From Blasia pusilla (taxonomy: Eukaryota), in assembly GCA_050084515.1 (NCBI GenBank), contig CM114271.1, positions 35,402,001-35,466,000 of the forward strand: a DNA stretch of 64,000 nt, given 5' to 3'. The position numbers and the translations under genes were made by a program. Under the pieces are notes generated by a model. The model was given only the letters and a program-made list of their open reading frames with translations. It was not told where the DNA came from and ran no database searches. Below, piece after piece: positions 41,886 to 53,686 of the stretch; positions within the stretch are counted from its first letter, which is position 1, and each line of letters starts with the position of its first letter.

Positions 41886-44800
41886 ATGGCGGAGTTCTCG
41901 CACAAGGTTGTCCGGAGTAACGGTATCAACATCCACTACGTCGAGCAAGGCTCAGGTGAGCGAGCTTCACGAGGCTGCCGGCACTCGTGCAGTGACTGAC
42001 TGACTGAATGAATGAATGAATGAATGAATGACTGGTGATTTTGTGCGGGGAGGGATGGAGGACTTGATTTCAGTGCTGTGGAGGATCGTTGTGGTCAGAG
42101 CCAGAGCTTGTTTCCATGGGGGATTCGTAGAAGAAATCTTCTGAAGCGCTGCTCTTGCTGCATACTCAGGGCCGGTCGTCCTGCTCGTTCATGGATTTCC
42201 AGAAACCTGGTACAGTTGGCGCAATCAAATCGCTGCGATTGCTGCTGCTGGCTTCCATGTGGTAGCTCCAGATGTTCGTGGCAGTGGGGGCAGTGATCGG
42301 CCGGAGGAGATAGAGAAATACGACGCGTTCCACATAGTCGGAGACTTGGTGGGGTTGATCGAATCCCTCGGAGTCAAGCAGGTGTGGAAGCCACCTACTC
42401 CCTGTTCTCGAGTTTGTAGTCCTTGTAGTAGCTAAGCATCAGCGACCGAAGCGGCGGACGATACAGCCTCCCCTGGAACTGTCTGGGGCGTTTGTCCCAT
42501 TTTTGCAATTCTATTCTTGAATACGGAAGGAATGACGCCATAAAAAACGATTGTGGCGTCGTGAAGTTGAATGAGTCATGGTTCAGAGGTGGAGAATGTC
42601 GGAAGCGTGAGCATGGAGAGCATGCTCGTGCTTCACAAGGAAAGGGAGAGGCACAGACGGAATAGGAACGCATAGCAAGGAAGTGATAAACGAGCTGTGA
42701 ATGTGGAGCAGGTGCTTTTGGTGGGGCATGACTGGGGTGCTATCCACGCTTGGGATTTGTGCCTTTTCCGACCCGACCTCGTGAAAGCGGCTGTGATCAT
42801 GAGCGTGCCGTTCTGGACCAGAGATCCGAAAGGCAGCTTCTTGACCCAGTTGAGGGCTGAGAAGGGCGAAGACTTCTACATGGTCATATTTCAGGTTGTG
42901 TTCCACTTCCTACCTCCATTTAGTGTCCAGATTTCTAGAGAGAGATGAGAAGTGAATTGTAGGAAAGGGAGATTGAATGATAGGTTTTTCAACCCTTCCA
43001 TTACTGAGCTTGCCGCTACTGCTCCATAATGCGCTCAGCTCAGCTTCGACCAAGCTCGTGTCAGGAGCAGCTGGATACCGTAGTGCAGAAGCTCAATGTA
43101 GATCATTCGAGTGGTGAGCATTTGAGAGAAGGCATGGAAAGTTTTGATCCCATGCCGAGAAATCTTCCCTCCTTTGATTATTGGAGTGAAGAATTCTCTG
43201 CATGGGATCCAGAGAATCGGATACTGATTGTGAGATTTCCTACTCGAACTACGCTTCGTCTCTTCCTCTTGTTCCCTTGAAGAGGGTTACTGGAGTGTCT
43301 TCATCATATCACGAATCTATACGATCAGTGTTTTGAGTTTGTGAATTTGACAATGGCTTCTTTTGAACAGCTCGTGCCATAACTTATGTCCAACTCAACG
43401 ACCTATCAGGTCAGAGAACTAGATTCTCTCGTGTCTGAGCTTGCGACACTAAGGGTTAGCTCAATCGTTGTACCTAATTATCGTGGTTCATTCCAACTTC
43501 CAGTTTGTACCTTTTCAACAGGAACTATGAGTAGTGCATAGATGTCCGGAATGTGAGGAGCTACCAAGTGTTGACTGGGGACGAAGCGAAAGCTTGCCTC
43601 AGCTCTAGCTGAACGAGACATGCCTACTACCAAGATGTAGGCAGGATTAAAGTTTCACGAGTTCTTGGATCGTGATCTTTGGGGTGTTGCAAATGGAGAG
43701 GAAGTGGAGGTTCAATCACACATGTACCAACAAGACTTAGCGTAGGTCAACCGGACGGCGATGGCTTTGGCGATCCAGAACACCAAGCACTTGATAGGTG
43801 CAGTCAATTCACTGGCAGAGAGAAAGAGGAGTATTATTGATAAGCGTACAGATATTGTCACACATCTGTTGGGTGAAATGAAGTCGAGGCATCTGGACGA
43901 CTTCACCAGAGGAGGACATGCCCTCTTGACTTGACTGATAGGAAAGGACACAAAAGAGTCCTGTGTTTTATCCCACGTTGTAAAGTTGTGAAGTTCAGGC
44001 TCCCTTCCATCTTGTTCTTCTCTGTAAGGCAGCTAGTTTTATGATCAGTTCCAGCATGCCGTACTCGTGCTACCAGGAGACGACTGCAGCTGATGGTATT
44101 CACCTCAGCTATATATGTGTGTGATCAACAATAATTTGGCCACTGCTGTTCCTCGCTGCAGGAGCCAGGACGAGCGGAAGCTCTATTTCAGGCGATGGGA
44201 ACTGAGAAGTGCCTGTGGAAAATGCACTATCCCAAAAGCAGCGAGCCTGATTTTGATGGAAAATATCCTCACTGGATCAGCCCTGATGAATTCAAGGTCA
44301 TGGGAGCAGAGTGGGAAAAGACAGGGGGTGCTGGCGCTTTGAATCAATACCGGTGCATAGACAGGTACGCATACTATCGCCACCGATGTTGTTCGTCTAT
44401 CTGGTAGCCACTAGTTTGTGTGTGCAAACATCACAAGAGCAAGCAGTGCTAAGGAATTGGGGTCTGTTAACACGATCTGGTAGAAGCTGAGTGCGTAGTG
44501 GTCTCCAGATCTTTCCATAGCCCCGAGCACTTTTTTTGTGTGGCGCCCTATCAGCAACTGGACAATCCAAAATCTGGAAAGAGGGCTGTGATCAGAACCA
44601 TTTGAAGAAAAAGTGAACAGGGAATTCTCTGCTCTCCCTACTTACGGTGTTTGATTTTTGTGATCTGCAGAAGCTGGGAGCGAAAAGCACCTTGGACAAA
44701 CCAAGGAGTTTCAACCAAATGCTTGTTCATAGCAGGAAATGATGACTTAGTCATGGAATTTCCTGGTCAAAGGAGCTACGTTGCAAATGAGTTCAAACGC

Positions 44801-44908
44801 TTTGTGCCTAATCTGGAGGTCGTTCTACTGGAAGGGAGTCACTTCATCCACCAAGAGAAACCAAAAGAAGTGAACAAGCTCATGATTGACTTCTTCCAAA
44901 AGGTGTAG
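41886..44908 (+). CDS. Plant soluble epoxide hydrolase; exons 41886-41955, 42170-42381, 42712-42894, 44162-44364, 44671-44908 (301 aa)
   Basis: HGFPETWYSWRNQ, APDVRG, nucleophile GHDWGA, lid tyrosines in FYMVIFQEPG and LNQYR, acid GNDD, GSHFIHQE. All four introns are GT-AG and the 906 nt CDS is in frame. Confidence 0.92.
41993..42032. repeat. (GACT)n(GAAT)n microsatellite in epoxide hydrolase intron 1
   Basis: tgactgactgactgaatgaatgaatgaatgaatgaatgac. Confidence 0.9.
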
Positions 44909-46829
44909 ACAGCCATAGATGTGCTAAGGGATCTAGGTCTACAAGACATTGCAAGAATCCAACTCGTCTACAGGCCCTGTTTCGGACGGCGTTCTCGGAG
45001 AGACACTGCTCTCATTAGGTAGCGCATGTTGAAGCCTTGCTGTCAAAGATCCCACACCCTGGTTGGATGGTGCTAGAGACTCGGATGGATGTAGAGAGAG
45101 GAAGACACGAAGAAGCTACCACATGAGAGAAGGGAGTCTCTCTCTCTCACACAGTATGAATGGTGATCATACTCAGTGTATGCACGGAACTTCCAAGTGT
45201 CAACGGAGAAGCTCTTTACAACATCATCTACCTGACTTGATTGTTGATATCCCCCACACACATTACTGACCAGTGCAACAGCTTTGGGCAGTGAATCTAG
45301 GCCACTGAATGTGTTGAACAGTTCTGGTGTTGCCAGCTCAGTAAAATCAACACATGCTGTTGCTCTTTGTGTTGTGGATCTTGCACATGTGACCAGGTAG
45401 TTACTAGAGGTTTCATCGCCATCATCACACAAGATGCAGGATTTTCGTTTCGTTCCCATGCTGCTTTTTTTTTGTGTGGTTCAAGTGGATTGCCTGTGTC
45501 TTGCACTTGAACTCAAGACGGGTTTCAAACAAGGGGTTCCCCGCAAATTAATCTTCAGTTCTGCTTGTTCAGGATAAACAGTTCCCATTATTATCCTCAC
45601 ATGCATTCATTTGAGAATTCAATGCCTAAGTAGGTGTACCTAGGCATTTGGGTAATCTTGTATTCTCCCCATTACAAATGCTAGTCTTGTTCCTCTTCCC
45701 TGCCGTTGAATATCATCACACCACACCTGGATACACTTTTCCTCCATGCTACCCCCTGACTTTGGTAAGGGAAATTGTCTCTTGGAGCTTTTCTCCCATT
45801 TCCTCTAGTCCATCAAAGCCTTCAACAAACATTAGGGTAACCATAGACCTATTACTCACTCCGATGCCTTGTCATGTCTCACCCATATTTTCCAAAAGGG
45901 AGATCAACTTAGGGAAAATATTGAAAAGGTTGGGAGATAGTGGGCATCGTGGGGCCTTGGTCCTCCTTGCTTGATGTCGGAATGCTCCACTCTAATAGTC
46001 ATTTACCAAAACTCTACTCATTTTGTTTTCACACTCTCTAGTAGCCTCCACAATTTTCCCCTTAGCCCTACCTTCCAAAGTAGCCTCCACAAGTTTCCTC
46101 TTAGCCCTACCTTCCAAAGCTGTAAGGCTACTTGTCATGCCATATAGTTTCTAAGCACAAGGGATAGGTGGGTTTTCCCTCTTTTTTCATACCTTGGACA
46201 ATCTTATTGAAGATGAAGTTGTGATCCACATATTATCTTGACTATTAGAAATGGATTTGGCCTTCCTTGATGACAACATTCTCCTCGATGTACAAGGAGA
46301 TCTCATTGTTAAGTATGCATCACAAGAGCTTCTTAATTGCACTCAAAGCGAAAGGGAAGAGAGATGCAACACCTTTTCACTACCAAATAGTCGTAGAACA
46401 TAAGGAATTTCCTAGTTATGTTACTAATTCTTCTTGCATGAATTGTGGAGTCTTGAAATTCAATCGAGAACACTACCGGGCACACCATCAAGTTCTCAAG
46501 TCTAAGAATGGATGATTTTATGTCCCACTAGCCTAGGTTTACTCATGCATAGTAAAGTGAAGAAATACCATCGCAAGTCTCAAAATATTCTGATATAAAG
46601 AAAGGGAAAAGTATCTTTGAATATTAATTTATTCCTATGGGTTATCCTATATATCAACCTTTTAAGCAAGTTGTAGAAAGGTTGAGATCTTTCTTCTTAG
46701 ACAAGGGTTTTTATGATTTTAATAACATGGATGAGGTTTCATGAAAATTAAAAAAAAGGATGTTTCATAGGACATTCGAGTACATATTATTTGCAAGGGG
46801 GGAAAAGTTGGCAGTGTTACTCATAAAGA

Positions 46830-47026
46830 CTAGTAAGGTGCCTGCGCGATGCATGGGAAATAAATTTTGTTTTTTGAGGAACTTTTGCTAGTGCCCATGA
46901 AGGAAATAATGAAAGGAATAATGATGATATACAAAAATTAAAATTATTTTCTTGATGTCCACATGCCATATGTCAAACAAAGAGGTGTTTGCCAATCAAG
47001 AAGGCACTCTCCAACAAGAATATAGA
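46830..47026 (-). mobile_element. Mini-Helitron family A (197 bp)
   Basis: Minus strand a|TCTATATTCTTGTTGGAGAGTGCCTTCTTGATT ... catgcatcgcgcaggcaccttaCTAG|t; homologous to 33549-33728. Confidence 0.82.
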
Positions 47027-47935
47027 TGATCCAAATGTAAACAATATCATGGTCTCTCTGAGTGTTTTGATATATTAGTAAGAATACTTAATGAATTGGC
47101 TTCTCATTGATGTAGATTAAAATTTTATCATGGTGGATAGCTCTCTATTTTTAGATGAATATGCATATCTGATTTTAATAAAACGTACTTTTACTTAAAT
47201 TTCTTTCTAAAACGATTCAAAGGCTTTAAAAGAAAAAAGAAACCTCAACATTCTATTATGAATGTATTTTTTATTTACAAGAAAAAGTATTCATCACTTT
47301 TCTTTATCTTATATCATGGCTATTATTAGGATTAAGAAGCAAGAGGGCATGAGGGGATGAATTTTCATTTGAAAAAATTGAGTTAAGGTGGGGGGAAGTT
47401 GACGGGGATAGGGAAAAGTGGGGAAGAGATTTTATGATTGATTTTTCCCAAAGAGGGAATTAGTAGGGGGATAAGGGATTTTTTAGTTTTGGACATGATT
47501 TATACATTACTAATTAAGAAGGGGGCATTCAAGGGAGTAAGACTACTAAGTTTGAATTTCCCAAGTAAGGTGAAGGGCTAGGGATTTTCTTTTTAAAATA
47601 AAGGAAATTTATTTCCAACTAGTAAGAATGCATGCTCCATATACAAGCTCAAACATATGCCTTCCCAAACTTTAAATTTGTAAAAATAGTCAAAATATTC
47701 CTACTTTAAAATTTTGATGATGGATAACTATTAAAAAAACCTCATATTGGAAAGCTAGAAGATGAGTCATTGAAGACCTAAGTATGTTTCCTCGGACTTG
47801 TCTGTCTTAGGGACAAACATGTCTAACTAGGTTTGAACACATGCACCCGGTGCCCGCCCTACTTCATGGTGGCACATAAACGGACATGCCCAAGACATCC
47901 TCCGCTTGGGCTTTTTTTGGTACCTAGCTGGCCCG

Positions 47936-49228
47936 TATCGTGTGCATACACATCACTACACAACATACATCGCTGTCACCGAACATACACATAAACACAC
48001 ACGATCCCATGCTAACTCATGGCATCCAAAAAAAAAGACGAGAAGTACCAAAATATCTCCAATAAATCAAGTAGATCTCACATCACATCTCACACCAAGC
48101 TCTCCATGGTGTGCACTCTCTCAATGTCAAACCAAACCCACTCTCCCAATGAGAGGCTTGGGTTACACACACAAGGCAAGGAGGACCATAGCTCCGCCGC
48201 CTTATGCCAAGAGGTTCAACAAAGAGAGAATGAGCTCTCAACCTCTCTCCTCGGTAACCTATGCTCGTAAGTCACCTCCTTGGCTCTTGACGTGCTATAG
48301 CGGGTCAAGGGCCACTTCCCAAAAAGTGCTCTCTTAGGTTATCCATGGCCTCAATAGGTCATCCTCGACCTCCTGAGGATGTCCTCCACTATCTTCAAAG
48401 GCGCTCTATTAGATCTCGTCGATCTATCCTAAAAGACGTGACAATTGTCATGCGCATACACATCGTTATCACCGAACATACACATAAACACGCACGATCC
48501 CATGCTAACTCATGGCATCCAAACAACCAGACAAGAAGTACCAAAATATCTCCAATCGCCCCCTAGTTGGTGGTTAGGTCCCTCTAACTCCAAATAGCCA
48601 TCTATCCCTACCCACCATGACATACATCTCTCGGACGCTAAGAGCAAACATACCAGGTGCTCATGTGGCCCCAACGTTAGTCGCCTTCTTGTCATCCATG
48701 TCATATACACAAGTTGGAATGAAGAACTACCCACTCTATGTACATCTGGGTCACATCCATCGTCCCTGAGGAACCCTAGTGAGAGGTGGCGTCAGACATG
48801 TCATATGCCACCCTCTCTAACATCCATCATAGACTAGCATAGTGGCTGCACCACGGGAAGAACCACACAACATACATCGCAAGTGTGTAGGAACTACTGC
48901 TAAGCTTGGATCAACTATACCTTCAATGTTAGGAAGGTGACATGGCGCAGAGTTACGCACATGATCCTTCCAAACCATACCATCGTGTCCCTCCAATAAG
49001 AAAACACCACATGGCAAAACCTCACGCACTTTCAAGATGGTGCGCCTTGCAGTCACATCCAATGTCGTGGGTGCCATCTACTGCAAGTAGACATAGTCTC
49101 CTTGATGAAACCTATGGATAGTAGATCAGTAACCACCTCCCCGAATAGTCGCATACCTCAACGTATCCCGATGCTGCACAATCGCCAAGTTCTCAAACGC
49201 CATGGGCATCACTCTTCGAAATAATTGT
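47936..49228 (-). mobile_element. Ty3/gypsy LTR retrotransposon relic: integrase C-terminal region, PHD finger, PPT-like tract and LTR(s)
   Basis: MAFENLAIVQHRDTLRYATIRGGGY...GDYVYL...TTLDVTA...CMLC..MLVYDGC*RGWHMTCLTPPL..VPQGRWM*PRC; agggggcg tract; TGTCAC...-type LTR at 48443-47936. Confidence 0.72.
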
Positions 49229-49229
49229 G

Positions 49230-50980
49230 GTTCTTCCAGTCAATCATGGATGCTCACCGGTGCTTCATGCATCATCGCCCCCTCCCGAGGCATGGGAGTG
49301 GTTGAGGTCCCACCTTGGCAGCATCATAGGTCTCTTTAAGACCCGTTTTCCCTGCCCGAGGTTGTTTCATAGGATCCCCCATGCCATTCGGGATGAGCTT
49401 CGCAAGTCTTTCCTCCTTCCCCTATCTAGGATCGCGCTTGATCCTATGGATGAGCTCTCGTGGTATCTACTACTTCTCCTTCCACGATAGTGTCTTTGCT
49501 ATACCCGAGGAGGGAAGGCTGGCCATAGAGAGGTTATGGCCCGATTGCGGCGCTTCCGAGGAGGCGATTGGGAGTCTGTGCAGAGCGAGTTCGTGGTATA
49601 TGCCAAAGGTAGCACTTCACTTGGTTTCCCAACGGACGATCTTGCAAAGCCAGATTGCGACAATGTAGGACACTTGGGCGAGTCGGTAAGTACTCGCGAG
49701 CGGCTCGTGTGCTCTGCCCTATGGATATGGATCCTCCTTCCGCTCTTACCATAGACGCCCTCCGGGGACTACATCCTCATCCAGCGGTTGACATCCCAGC
49801 ATTTGTACGTGACTTCCATCCTAACACGACCTTATGCCTAGATCCGTCCCTCTCTGCAGGGGCACTCGGGCGTTCCCCTAGGATAGCAGCTGGAGGGTTG
49901 TCCGGTATGATGTACGAACACCTTCATGATTGCTTTCCCCCCGAGGACTCTGCTAGCAGCTTTGCCAAGTTGCTTCAGGTTGCCTCTCACCTAGCTCATG
50001 GGAGAGTGCCAACAGTAGTAGCCCAGGTATTGGGGGCGGGGCGACTTTTGGCGTTGTCAAAGGAGGGTGGAGGGATACGTCCGATCGCCATAGGGGAGGT
50101 GCTCTAGCGGTTGGTGAGTCGCACTATCGCTTTGCAATTCCGTGAGGCTTTCCAGTCACATCTGAGTCCGCACCAGTTCGGAGTTGCCACACCAGCCGGT
50201 TGTGAGGCGGTAGCCTTAGGTTTGAGGGCTTGTTTAGATATACATCATGAGTGGGAGTTCTCCAAGTTGATGTGGAGAACGATGTGTAGACATGCTTCTT
50301 GGCCGATTTCCTTTGGTGGAGTAGGTCTCATAGCGACTGAGTTAGTGGCATCTTTAGCTTTTTTAGGGAGTTGGGCCACTGTAGCACCCCTCCTTTGCTC
50401 CCGATTTTTGGTTAGGGATAGACTGCTACTTTTACAGTACGTTTCCCAGGTTGAGGATGGTCTTTTCCCACTTCAGTCTTCACTCACAGCTTGTAGAGAC
50501 TCCCTTCTTGTTGAGGCTAGAGCAGTTCTTCCCGCTTTCTCTTCCCTAGTTACCTCCAGACTGTCTGGGCTCCAATCTTCTTCGATGGAAGCTCATTTGA
50601 TGCATTGTTTAGAGCTACTATGTCGGACGGGAATATCCCCATGGAGGTTCGGGCTTGTATTCGCACTTGCTCCGGAAAGGGGGCAAGCTCATGGGTGGGG
50701 GCTCGTCCCCTCATCCCGGCTTTCCGCATCGCACCACTTACCTATACTACAGCGATGCGGTTTCGACTGGGCCTGCCCCAACCAACGGTGGTTGGTTCGA
50801 CACATTGCGAGTGTCGCCGGAATCTGGATCCACTTGTTGTGCATTTGGCACGGTGTGATATTATCTATGCTGTTGGTGATTTTGGTAGTTAGGGGAAGCC
50901 GGTTTTGGCCCCCTTGAGGTTTTTTTTCCAATATCGTGATGGGTTTCCCATCCTATTTTCTATATATTATTACATTTCTT
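49230..50980 (+). mobile_element. Internally deleted CRE-like non-LTR retrotransposon (RT N-terminal half and zinc knuckle)
   Basis: AGGLSGMMYEHL, GRLLALSKEGGGIRPIAIGEVL*RLVSR, LSPHQFGVATPAGCEAV, LQVDVEN, PISFGGVGL, AMRFRLGLP..HCECRRNLDP..HLARC; same C-terminal GDFG end as the other copies. Confidence 0.85.
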
Positions 50981-52229
50981 CTTTCGCACGCCCATCGCAG
51001 GCGTCTGGTATCTGAAGTTCAGGTGACCGCGCAGCCCAAGGACTAGTGAAAACGTACAAATTTAGTCGCGTCCTCAGAGGAGTCTGGTTTTGCCTCATGC
51101 TGCCGCTGTCAGCTCTCGCCTCGCCTGCCCGGGGAACCGCCTCGCGGGATGCGACCGCTGTCTGTGTTCATGTCGGTTGCCCGGTACGAAATAGTTAAAG
51201 CTCCTTATCCGTGTGCGAAATTGCGCCTATGTTGCAATCATCCACAAGCTACCTGACGGTCCGATGGCTGCCAAGGATGTACGAAAACGGCCTAGAGTTT
51301 GAAGCGTGACACGTTTCTGGACTGTTCGTGTCTGTGCTTCCAATCCAGAAACGGATATGGCAGACGTTGAATTTAGTTCCACTGCGTTTGACTGATTGCC
51401 ACGCTCCGACTTCGGAGAAGCATGGAAAATTGATCGTGGATCTGGGAATCAGGGCGGGCATTGGAGCCTTTCTTTGAAAATGGAGCACGTACGTGTTCAA
51501 TTTGGGAGCACGATCTTCTTCTGCAGTTGGGAGCGATATGAGATGTTGACTGAATTGGGAAGCGCGAGGATATTTGGCAATGTGTCGTGTTTGTAATTGC
51601 AACGGGTGCTACCACATCGGCTGTCAGCCGGTCCGCGTCGCAAGCTAGTTGAGCGCTGCGCGCGCGGTTTGTGGCAGTGGTGCGATGGCCAGACAAGATT
51701 TCTGGGACGTAAAGTGCTTGCATGGATCCGGAGACGACAGCGGCTGTCCATCAGTAAATGGCAGTCTTCATAATGGGAGAGAAATTCAAGAGCTGGGATT
51801 CCAGTTTTGGGGACTCTTCTCCCCTCAAGAGTATCACTTCTCTCTCAGCCGGTCTCTTCCCATGCGTCCAGACTTTTTCTCCGTCGCGGATCCAACCAAA
51901 GCTTTGCCACGCCATCTCATGAGAATTCAAACTTCGCGGCTTCCAATCGTCTCCCGCGCCCCCCCTTCTTAAATTGACAGGAGTGACTGTCGCTGTGGTC
52001 TGGACATGTATAGTCGAGCTGCATTCGGAGGTACAGGGCCATCAGCGGATTTGTCAGGAGGATAGATTGTGATATCTATCGGAACAGGGACTGTAGTTTG
52101 AGCGGTTCGTCCTACGCACTTTGATTCCTCGATCCTGGAATCTGGTTCCCTGTGTGTATATCTTCGGAGGTGTCTGTCGTCTGCGTACGTTCCCGCAGAA
52201 TCGCTTGGCAGTCGTGCCGCCATTTCCTA

Positions 52230-52320
52230 CACCCAAATCTCTCAAACCGACCACTCCCGCCCGAGCTCGGGAGATCGGTTCAGGAGATGACGGGAGTGGA
52301 CGGTTTGAGAGATTTGGGTG
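52230..52320. other. 30-bp-arm hairpin (1 mismatch, 31-nt loop); possible miRNA precursor or MITE remnant
   Basis: cacccaaatctctcaaaccgaccactcccg ... cgggagtggacggtttgagagatttgggtg. Confidence 0.6.
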
Positions 52321-52807
52321 AGCATTCCGAAGTCGAAACTTCGTGCAATGCAAAGGCGACTGTCTGCGTTCTAAACAAACTTACGAGATCGCGGTGAAGC
52401 TCGGACCATAAGGGAGAGAAATCATTAGCAGTCGGACTTGTTTAGAGAGGAGGATTCTTCGTTTTCTGGATTGTTGCTACTTCACACCCACGACGCTCAT
52501 GCTTACGGTGAGATTTGATTATTAGAAGTATGAGAGGCTTCAAAATACAGGCGGAGATACTCTTTACTATCAGAGTGGCTAACCGATGTTGCCATCGACT
52601 CCGGAATCGCAGAGAGTCGATGGCAACACCGGTCCTACTGCTTCGAATTCCACTTCGCAATTTATTGCTTTCTCACCCGTCTAAGCTGACCCTACGTCGT
52701 CAGAGCCCGCGTGCTCCCCGCCGCAGCTGGTCGGTGGCAGAGCGTGGGACTCCATGATCCGATGGTCGACGATCAGTGATCAGTCCCCGTGCAGCGATGA
52801 GTTTCGC

Positions 52808-53686
52808 TCAATGAGCAGATTTGAGGGTCTTGTGGGCGAATTTCCTGATGAGACTGGCAACCTCTTTGAGATACTCCTCCAGCACGAAGTGCCCGCCATT
52901 GAGGAAAACCAATTTGGCCTTGGGGAGATCTCGGAGGAAAGCTCTGGCGCCTTCAGTGTTGAAGAGGAAATCGTTCTGGCCCCACGCAATCAAAGTCGGG
53001 AACTGATACTTCCGGAACACCTCGTGAAACCCGGGGTAGCGCACGAGGTTGGTCTGGTAGTCGTAGAAGAGATCCAGCTGAATGTTCTCATGGCCGGGCT
53101 GCTGCAGGAAGGAGTAATCGATGGTCCAAGTATCGGGGCTCACTTTCTCCACGTCCTGCGCCCCGAACACGTACTGCTTGCGAGTGAATTCCAGCGAGAA
53201 CATGGGCTTCAAGCGATCCGCGTTCGCTTGGCTGCGGTCTTTCCAGTATCGGCGAATGTCGTCCCAAGCAGGCGTCAGACCTTCTGCATACGCGTTGCCG
53301 TTCTGCACCACCAGCCCCAGCACTCTCTCGGGGTGCGCTTCCATGAGCCGGAACCCGGTGGGAGCGCCATAGTCCATCACGTACAGGAAGTAATGCTGCA
53401 GTCCGAGGTGATCCACGAACTCGCTCACCACGCTGGCCAGATTGTCGAAAGTGTAGTTGAAGCTGCCGTCGGTGGGCGACTCGGTGAAGCCGAATCCGGG
53501 GAGATCAGGAGCCACAACGTGCAAATCTTCCGCCAGGAGAGGGATGAGATTGCGGAACATGTGGGAGGAGGTAGGGAAGCCGTGCAGCAGCAGAATGGTG
53601 GGCTTTGCGGGGTCGCCCGCCTCCCGATAGAACACATTCAGACTCAACAGCTGCACGGTCAGGTACAGCACCGTGGCGATCGACAT
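52808..53686 (-). CDS. Intronless microbial-type alpha/beta hydrolase (epoxide hydrolase/dehalogenase-like, YNR064C-like), 292 aa
   Basis: VFYREAGDPAKPTILLLHGFPTSSHMFRNLIPLLA, APDLPGFG, nucleophile MDYGAP, QNGNAYAEGL, WGQND, GGHFVLEE. The ATG at 53686 is chosen by family length; the ORF stays open upstream to 54244 without recognisable homology. Confidence 0.9.
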   Translation of the reverse strand: MSIATVLYLTVQLLSLNVFYREAGDPAKPTILLLHGFPTSSHMFRNLIPLLAEDLHVVAPDLPGFGFTESPTDGSFNYTFDNLASVVSEFVDHLGLQHYFLYVMDYGAPTGFRLMEAHPERVLGLVVQNGNAYAEGLTPAWDDIRRYWKDRSQANADRLKPMFSLEFTRKQYVFGAQDVEKVSPDTWTIDYSFLQQPGHENIQLDLFYDYQTNLVRYPGFHEVFRKYQFPTLIAWGQNDFLFNTEGARAFLRDLPKAKLVFLNGGHFVLEEYLKEVASLIRKFAHKTLKSAH

